A stretch of DNA of 64,000 bases from a virus (taxonomy: Duplodnaviria; Caudoviricetes), in IMG/VR virus record IMGVR_UViG_3300032283_000554, positions 18,552-82,551 of that record; one strand, written 5' to 3'. Below, one piece after another: positions 58,032 through 64,000 of this stretch (position 1 is the stretch's first letter; each line of letters opens with the position of its first letter). The position numbers were made by a program, and so were the translations under genes. The notes under the pieces were generated by a model. The model worked only from the letters and a program-made list of their open reading frames with translations, was not told where the DNA came from and did no database searches.

Positions 58032-58328
58032 TTATCCTTTTATTGCCAGCACACTTTTTGTATTTAAAAGTAAGTACTTTTCTCCATCTGTATCTTCAAT
58101 ATCTGTTCCGCTATTTTGATTATAATAAACCATGTCGCCAATATTTAAACCTTTAATTGGAATAAGCTCTCCTTTATAGTTATGCTCACCGTTTCCAAGA
58201 TCCAAGATCCTACCAGTTTTAAGATTAGATTCACTTAATGAGGCCATTAAAACTATACCAGATGATGTAGTTCTGTCTTCAACTTTATCTTCTTTTACCA
58301 ACAGAAGATTACCAAAAGGCTTAATCAT
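58032..58328 (-). CDS. groES: Co-chaperonin GroES
   Basis: MIKPFGNLLLV...TTSSGIVL...G.ILDLGNG...GDMVYY...GTDI...YLLL...VLA. Confidence 0.85.
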   Translation of the reverse strand: MIKPFGNLLLVKEDKVEDRTTSSGIVLMASLSESNLKTGRILDLGNGEHNYKGELIPIKGLNIGDMVYYNQNSGTDIEDTDGEKYLLLNTKSVLAIKG

Positions 58329-58334
58329 TTGTTA

Positions 58335-58496
58335 TTACTCCTCAAAAGATTCTTGTGTTTCCCAAAAGCTATCCTTTTTGAACTGCTCTTGTATTCTTTT
58401 TGCATCTAAAATTACAGAAATTTCTCTATAAAGTTTTATTCCCATGTAAGCACACGCTACAAATATAATTGCAGCAAATATAATAAAGTTATTCAT
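58335..58496 (-). CDS. Small membrane protein
   Basis: N-terminal TM segment; leaderless-type start. Confidence 0.5.
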   Translation of the reverse strand: MNNFIIFAAIIFVACAYMGIKLYREISVILDAKRIQEQFKKDSFWETQESFEE

Positions 58497-58503
58497 ATCT
58501 ATA

Positions 58504-59136
58504 TTATACAGCATCTGTGCCAATCGTGTCAATAGATCTTTTATTTATTTCAGGGAATATGTCTATTAGTAAATGAACTCTATCAATATCACTATCATTT
58601 AAAACGGAATGTGGTTTTTGATTGTTTATCTCCCAACACTCCCCCTCCTTCATGTTAAGGGTTTCTCCATTAACTGTGTAAGATACAAGGTCGTTGGTTA
58701 TTATTGGTATGTGAAATCTTCTGACCGCCGACAAATACTCGCCTTTGTCGGTATGTTCAGATACGTCTTTGTTTGCCAAAAGCCTGATTAGCAAAACCCT
58801 ACCAGACACTCCATTACACATTAATTCTAAATCATTTACAATTTTTGAAACAACATCTAGCATGGCAGGATCTTTAACTTCTGAGATAATTTTATCTCCG
58901 AAATTCCAATCAAAGCTGTGGTATTGGATTACAAATGTGTTTGTGTATAGATGAGGATTTCTTCTTTCTGAGTACTTACGATTTTGTCTAAAGTCATAGG
59001 TATTCCATTCATCATTAATTTTCTTTACACTATTTAAAATATCAGATACATCATATTTTTTATAGAATTTAAAATTAAAATCATCTGGCTTTGGTGACAA
59101 AGGCACTTTATCTTTAAAGGAGCTCAATTGTTTCAT
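58504..59136 (-). CDS. Aspartyl/asparaginyl beta-hydroxylase-like 2OG oxygenase
   Basis: HTD...RFHIPIITN...WEINNQKPHSVLN...RVHLLID. Confidence 0.85.
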   Translation of the reverse strand: MKQLSSFKDKVPLSPKPDDFNFKFYKKYDVSDILNSVKKINDEWNTYDFRQNRKYSERRNPHLYTNTFVIQYHSFDWNFGDKIISEVKDPAMLDVVSKIVNDLELMCNGVSGRVLLIRLLANKDVSEHTDKGEYLSAVRRFHIPIITNDLVSYTVNGETLNMKEGECWEINNQKPHSVLNDSDIDRVHLLIDIFPEINKRSIDTIGTDAV

Positions 59137-59956
59137 TATCCTTTACATAGTTATATATAAAATAATCAATATCATTATTTTTTAATATTAAATCTATTTC
59201 TGATTCAGACAAAAGAGAAACCAGGTGCTCGGTTGTAATTCCTTCTTCATTGCCATAACTAAAAATTCCAGCATTAACAATATTGTCTTTATTAAATTCT
59301 ATTTCTACATTATAATTAGCATTAAACCAGTTATTAATATTTTTTTCAAACAGGTCGATTCTATCCAAAGAATTGACTATCTTAAAATCTTTTATTGCCT
59401 TTAATGCATTTTCCTTTGAAGTGTTTGTGTTGTCTATAAACCAACTAAACGCCTCTCCCCTTTTTAAAAATGGGCTCATTAACTCTTCATAATGATTTGT
59501 ATAAAAATCTAATGGGCTAAAGGCTCTAGAATCTGCTGAGTTGCATATAAACCTAGACTGATAATTGTTATGCAATTCGAAGTTAGGGTCTTCAAATAAA
59601 TAGTATCTTAGTTTATCTAAAGGAGACTCTCTCTCTAAATATTCTTTTCTGCTAAAAAGAGCACGGTTGTGTAGAAAGTTAAAATAACTAACCCTGGCCT
59701 CAACTGGGTTTCTTATTATTGTAGCAACATCAATGTCTGGAACAACATCAATAGGATATCTCCCAGCATGCATAGCAGTGTAAACCTTTTTGGCAAAGTT
59801 GTTGTTATTTGGATGATGGGTGCTTATATAATAAGATATATCATTAGCGTCTAATGATCTTTTAATATTCTCAGAAACATACTTACCAGCAGTTTTTGGT
59901 ATATGCAAAAAGTATAGTTGCTTTAGTTCACCTTGTTTATTATCATTTCGTTCCAC
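59114..59956 (-). CDS. Sulfotransferase-family protein
   Basis: FLHIPKTAG (5'-PSB) and IRNPVEARVSYF (3'-PB) motifs. Confidence 0.8.
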   Translation of the reverse strand: MERNDNKQGELKQLYFLHIPKTAGKYVSENIKRSLDANDISYYISTHHPNNNNFAKKVYTAMHAGRYPIDVVPDIDVATIIRNPVEARVSYFNFLHNRALFSRKEYLERESPLDKLRYYLFEDPNFELHNNYQSRFICNSADSRAFSPLDFYTNHYEELMSPFLKRGEAFSWFIDNTNTSKENALKAIKDFKIVNSLDRIDLFEKNINNWFNANYNVEIEFNKDNIVNAGIFSYGNEEGITTEHLVSLLSESEIDLILKNNDIDYFIYNYVKDNETIELL

Positions 59957-60762
59957 TTGTTAAGGCTCCTTCCTTGATTTAAAGAGCCTTCCTTGTGTCT
60001 TTCACGCAAAATTTCTTTCCAGTCTTCTTCTGTATTTTGATTTTTTTCAGCATGCCATGCTTCAGAGCCTGGGTACTGATATCTCCAGTAAGCTCTAATA
60101 AGCGCCTTAGATCCATTTTTAGCTATCATTGGGCTGTGGTAAAAAGGATGTCCAGATGGGAACATGATTAGATCCCCAGCTCCTGGTTTATAAAAAATAT
60201 GATTTATTAGTGTTTCTTTATCATCACTTAATTCAATTAAATTTATTCCGCCTTCATCATAATCATCATTAAGGTAGAACAAGCATGTAGTTCCAAACTT
60301 TAGTCCAGGATCTTCTTTTCTTTCTTCTTGAAAATCAGTATGATAGTTCATACCTTGAGCTTCATTAACTCCCATGCCATCTTTATAGTAAGCTATATCG
60401 ACTGAATCCCAACACCAGTTATCATAATTTACCTTTACTGATCCAAAGTACTGCTCTGAAGATTCGTGGAAAACCTTAAATAGATCTTTAACATATTGAT
60501 TGTTTGAAACTTTATCCTCTTTATCAGAAAAATTTTCATCTGTAAATGTTTGCCAATCATCCTTACCAGGGAATGACTCAAAACATCTACCAGATGTTGG
60601 AATTAGGATATGGAAGCCAAACTCATACCAAGGTATGGCTCTATCTTCATAGTTAGTTAAATAGTAATTTAGCATTTCTTTTGAGTTGTTTAAAGCATTC
60701 TTAAAAACCCAAACTTTATCGTGAAGCTTTAATACTTCAACCTCATTGCCATTGATTATCAA
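59923..60762 (-). CDS. 2OG-Fe(II) oxygenase
   Basis: YHTD...FYLNDDYDEGGI...FPSGHPFYH...K. Confidence 0.85.
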   Translation of the reverse strand: MIINGNEVEVLKLHDKVWVFKNALNNSKEMLNYYLTNYEDRAIPWYEFGFHILIPTSGRCFESFPGKDDWQTFTDENFSDKEDKVSNNQYVKDLFKVFHESSEQYFGSVKVNYDNWCWDSVDIAYYKDGMGVNEAQGMNYHTDFQEERKEDPGLKFGTTCLFYLNDDYDEGGINLIELSDDKETLINHIFYKPGAGDLIMFPSGHPFYHSPMIAKNGSKALIRAYWRYQYPGSEAWHAEKNQNTEEDWKEILRERHKEGSLNQGRSLNKWNEMIINKVN

Positions 60763-60800
60763 TTTAAAATACCCAACCTTTATGTAACGTTAATGTTTTA

Positions 60801-60947
60801 TTAAACGTTAGTCTTCCTAGGATGTTTTGGAGTATAGTCTCCAATAATAGCTTTTATCCTGCCATCTTTTCTTAATCTTACAATTTTTCCTTCTCGAATA
60901 ATTGTATCGTTAAAGGGTACTTGCCTACCAAATTTTTTTGGAGGCAC
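60801..60947 (-). CDS. Small basic protein
   Basis: GTG start; PPKKFGRQVPFNDTIIREGKIVRLRKDGRIK. Confidence 0.5.
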   Translation of the reverse strand: MPPKKFGRQVPFNDTIIREGKIVRLRKDGRIKAIIGDYTPKHPRKTNV

Positions 60948-61129
60948 TATACTTTCTTTCTTCCAGTTTTTCTAGGTGCTTGAGGAACAGCTGGTGTTTC
61001 TCTTCTTATGCCATGCTTGTTAACATCAATCTTCATTGGTGGTCTTTTTTCTTGTATGCCTGATTTAAATTTACCCTGAGAAGGATTTCTTTTTGGCGTA
61101 TCGTTAGAGTTTACAACGTTTTCTGACAC
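60947..61129 (-). CDS. Small basic protein
   Basis: ORF track; TAGTG coupling. Confidence 0.55.
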   Translation of the reverse strand: MSENVVNSNDTPKRNPSQGKFKSGIQEKRPPMKIDVNKHGIRRETPAVPQAPRKTGRKKV

Positions 61130-61236
61130 TATGCACCCTTTATTTGTGATATAGTTACAACATTATTACTGGCTGGCGATGGAGCTGATTCATTTTGAAT
61201 TTGCTCATCTTTTCCGCATCCGCAATCTTTACACAT
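61129..61236 (-). CDS. MCxxCGC peptide (35 aa)
   Basis: MCKDCGCGKDEQIQNESAPSP...; TAATG coupled. Confidence 0.55.
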   Translation of the reverse strand: MCKDCGCGKDEQIQNESAPSPASNNVVTISQIKGA

Positions 61237-61385
61237 TATTCGTTGATAAACCTTTCTCTTTGTTCTGGAGTTGAGGTCATGCTTAGAGTAACTCCAGAGT
61301 TTCCCTGAGATGTTTTATCTATAATTGAAACTGGAACTATGCCAGTCTGACTGCCTACGCTTTCGCAACCGCACTCAACGCACAT
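61236..61385 (-). CDS. MCxxCGC peptide (49 aa)
   Basis: MCVECGCESVGSQTG... Confidence 0.6.
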   Translation of the reverse strand: MCVECGCESVGSQTGIVPVSIIDKTSQGNSGVTLSMTSTPEQRERFINE

Positions 61386-61386
61386 A

Positions 61387-61536
61387 TTACTTTGGGCCTT
61401 GTGCTTGTGCTTGGTTTGACATATCCGTTGATGGGAATGCTGCAGCAGGTGCATCTGACAAGTGTAGGTTTAGATCGTTTGATCCTGACTGCTCGCCTGT
61501 CTGGTTAAATCCTGTTAAATCTTTTCCGTCTGACAT
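61387..61536 (-). CDS. Small polar peptide (49 aa)
   Basis: AGGAG RBS; MSDGKDLTGFNQTGEQSGSNDLNL... Confidence 0.6.
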   Translation of the reverse strand: MSDGKDLTGFNQTGEQSGSNDLNLHLSDAPAAAFPSTDMSNQAQAQGPK

Positions 61537-61654
61537 AGTATTACTCCTATAGGTTATTTATTTAAGCGGGACTAGTATTCCGCTTATGAATCTATTATAT
61601 CATTTAGTTGATTAGGATCAACATCTACCCGTGGGTCCCTTTAATTGCCCTGTC

Positions 61655-62653
61655 TTAGCCCCAGATGGCCGCTGAGCACCTGGTACACATGCCAGAGTAT
61701 GAGTCTTCTATCATGTCTGTTCTTTCTTTGCTTAGCCATATATCTTTAATTGTAGAGTTGTTGGAATTTCCATAAACCGTCTTAAAATCAAAATCAGCAC
61801 AACATATAAAAAAATCACCATTTGGGTTAATATGTATCCACTCATTAGTTCTACTTCTTACATCTATTCCGCCATTACATCCTATTACCTTTTTTCCTTC
61901 TCCCGCCAAATATTTATTTATGGCTGAAGTCTGATCAATTATTCCCGAGTCAGCAAGGTGACCAGCTCTGTCGTATAAATGATGGGCGGGGAACACTTGA
62001 ATTGATGGGAATAAAGATTTAAGCAGTATAACTTCCTGGGCTAAATCTCCACTCTCTACATCTAAATTTAAATCTGGAGCACCAGGAAGTATGTCAAGCC
62101 ATCCACCATTTTTAACTAATGAATTGCTGTTTAATCCATTAACCATTAAATGGAATCTATCTTCTAATATTAATTCTTTTAGCTCTTCTGCAGCATACAA
62201 AACACTGTCCACCATCTTATCAAACATTTTTTCATTTAAATTTACATACTTAGCCCATCTAGTTTTATCTCCAGATGGTATATTTAAAAGGATTCCTCCA
62301 ACTACATCAATATTTTTTTTAATAATATCAACTTTTTTCTTAGTAAGAGGGGTGCCATTTGTAAGTATGTTTATTGTAAATCCATATTTTCTGTATAAAC
62401 CAAACATCTCTTCAAAGTTTTTATACAATAAAACTTCGTTGTAATTAGCAGTAAAAATATTTTTTAGATTAGGATCTACAAAGTCTCCCTTTCCGCTATG
62501 AAGTTGAGAAAGTATATTTTCTAACTCCACCAACTCCATATCTCTAATAGCAGATTTTGGGTTTCCTTCATAAGAAACTGGGCAAAACCAACATCCAGCA
62601 TTGCATAGACCATTTACGTCTATCTGTACTGCGCTGATCTTGTATTGTGACAA
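61655..62653 (-). CDS. Radical SAM protein with SPASM/twitch-type C-terminus
   Basis: CNAGCWFC; TNG; C...INPNGDFFICC.D...GN...IW...CTRC. Confidence 0.88.
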   Translation of the reverse strand: MSQYKISAVQIDVNGLCNAGCWFCPVSYEGNPKSAIRDMELVELENILSQLHSGKGDFVDPNLKNIFTANYNEVLLYKNFEEMFGLYRKYGFTINILTNGTPLTKKKVDIIKKNIDVVGGILLNIPSGDKTRWAKYVNLNEKMFDKMVDSVLYAAEELKELILEDRFHLMVNGLNSNSLVKNGGWLDILPGAPDLNLDVESGDLAQEVILLKSLFPSIQVFPAHHLYDRAGHLADSGIIDQTSAINKYLAGEGKKVIGCNGGIDVRSRTNEWIHINPNGDFFICCADFDFKTVYGNSNNSTIKDIWLSKERTDMIEDSYSGMCTRCSAAIWG

Positions 62654-62800
62654 CTTTATCCCTTTAGTTTCACCTTTTATAAATTTTATTATAACAGTTC
62701 TTGCACATTTTAATTACCTTGCTCTCTGTAGAAGTTATGTATTTAGCTTCTCCAGCACATTCTTTTACTTCACATTTATTTAAATCGGTCATTAAGTTAA

Positions 62801-63013
62801 TTACTTACCCTTAATCTTTTCCCAGATTTTTTCATGCATATAGTAAAATGACATTTCTACGAACAAATACGAAATTGCTCCAATGCCAATATACTCCCAT
62901 TCAGCTTCTCCTGTGAGAAGTTTAGTTACAATATAAAGTAGTCCGCCTACAAAAAATACATGTACAAACGGCCATGTGATTGACTTATATATACTTTTTT
63001 TACTATTTAGCAT
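62801..63013 (-). CDS. DUF2061-like membrane protein
   Basis: KSIYKSITW...YYMHEKIW. Confidence 0.7.
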   Translation of the reverse strand: MLNSKKSIYKSITWPFVHVFFVGGLLYIVTKLLTGEAEWEYIGIGAISYLFVEMSFYYMHEKIWEKIKGK

Positions 63014-63176
63014 GCTGCCTCTTTTTCTTTTAATTTTCTAAGTACTAAACTTAAGACTTCTCTTGGTCTCCAGTCTGGGGGTATTTCTAAGCTTTCCATA
63101 TCTTCAATTAATTCTTTTAGAACTTTTTTTTGAATTACATGATAGTGATCCCATTCATTATTTAATTGTACCATTA

Positions 63177-63806
63177 TCAAAGATCTTCCGCAATAGGCTT
63201 ATTTATATCAGCATTTATAAGAAATCCAACTCTAGGGCCCTTAGCCCAAACACGATGTGTTGTTTTTTTAGGGAAAAACAAAAGATCTCCCTCTTTTAAT
63301 TCATAAACTACCTTTGAGCTTTTTCCTTTTATTTCCCAAAAAGAAGTTCCTATCGATTGTAAGTAGCAGGCTGGCCAAGGGTCGCTATGTTCATTTACTG
63401 TTTTTTCTCCTAAAGAAACCTTTATTCCTTCGCTATGCCAAAGAGCACTACAGGAGCAATTTCTAGCATCCCATTCTTTATAGTAATCGCAATTTGAAAA
63501 GTCATGATCGTATTCTGAATCTAAATTTATTTTGTGTAAAAAATCTTTTATCTCTGGAAAATCTTCCCAGACTAATCCAGTTTGTGGTGCAAGCCAAAAC
63601 GGGTGCTGCGTCAGAATGTTTCCATTAACGTGTACGCTATCATCTTGGTTTCTAACCTTTTCTTCAAGGTCTAGGTTTCTATCAATAGTTTGTTTATATA
63701 TAAAATCTAAAGCATTTTGCCATGTAAATGTTGTTTTAAAATAATTTTCAATAAATACGGCTTCTTCTTTAACCGCTGCTTCTTTAAATCTTGAAAGTAT
63801 ATCCAT
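63177..63806 (-). CDS. Cupin/JmjC-like protein
   Basis: HSD...YLQSIGTSFW...LKEGDLLFFP...HRV...PR. Confidence 0.7.
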   Translation of the reverse strand: MDILSRFKEAAVKEEAVFIENYFKTTFTWQNALDFIYKQTIDRNLDLEEKVRNQDDSVHVNGNILTQHPFWLAPQTGLVWEDFPEIKDFLHKINLDSEYDHDFSNCDYYKEWDARNCSCSALWHSEGIKVSLGEKTVNEHSDPWPACYLQSIGTSFWEIKGKSSKVVYELKEGDLLFFPKKTTHRVWAKGPRVGFLINADINKPIAEDL

Positions 63807-63819
63807 AATAGTTCCCTAT

Positions 63820-63850
63820 TTAAGGGCAGTGGTTTCCCACTGCCCTTAAA
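63820..63850 (-). terminator. Intrinsic terminator
   Basis: taagggcagtgg-tttc-ccactgccctta. Confidence 0.75.
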
Positions 63851-63852
63851 AA

Positions 63853-64000
63853 TTACTTGATTAGGGTAACCTTAGCTTTTGGATTCTTTGCATTCCACTT
63901 CTTTGCAAGTGAATTGAAAGCATCCTTAATTGACTTAAGTGCAGCAGCATTATCTGCTGTTAACTTAGCGATAGTTGCATCCTTAGCAAGGACAACTGCA
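63853..64000 (-). CDS. C-terminus of an Ala/Lys-rich protein (partial)
   Basis: ...LKSIKDAFNSLAKKWNAKNPKAKVTLIK*; strong codon bias. Confidence 0.65.
   Translation of the reverse strand, partial: AVVLAKDATIAKLTADNAAALKSIKDAFNSLAKKWNAKNPKAKVTLIK

Overview
A 64-kb, AT-rich segment of a large tailed dsDNA phage (siphovirus-like). The host is most likely an actinobacterium, inferred from an actinobacterial parS, PafBC-type promoters, leaderless starts, a Lsr2-like gene and a class II RNR. Positions 1-34 kb (minus strand) hold the virion module: tape measure, frameshifted tail chaperones, major tail, head-tail genes, capsid, protease/scaffold, portal and several fibre genes. Inside it sits a block of six 2OG-Fe(II) oxygenases, two DUF6065-like genes and a methyltransferase, directly behind a fibronectin-type protein ending in about 125 aa of Pro-Phe repeats. 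Positions 39-52.5 kb (plus strand) are an array of small early-type genes separated by repeated regulatory cassettes. These carry 14 TGTCAG-N10-TANNNT promoters, 8 perfect DnaA boxes, 7 perfect CRP-type palindromes and a fixed-spacing TTACG-N16-CCCWGGA motif. The array also contains a structured sRNA candidate whose loop is complementary to the shared ribosome-binding motif of these genes. Positions 52.5-64 kb (mostly minus strand) carry auxiliary modification enzymes, GroES and small peptides. There are three tRNAs: Ile-UAU, Asp-GUC and an atypical Arg-CCG. No terminase, integrase, CRISPR array or reverse transcriptase is visible. All protein assignments come from motif recognition by eye, not database searches.
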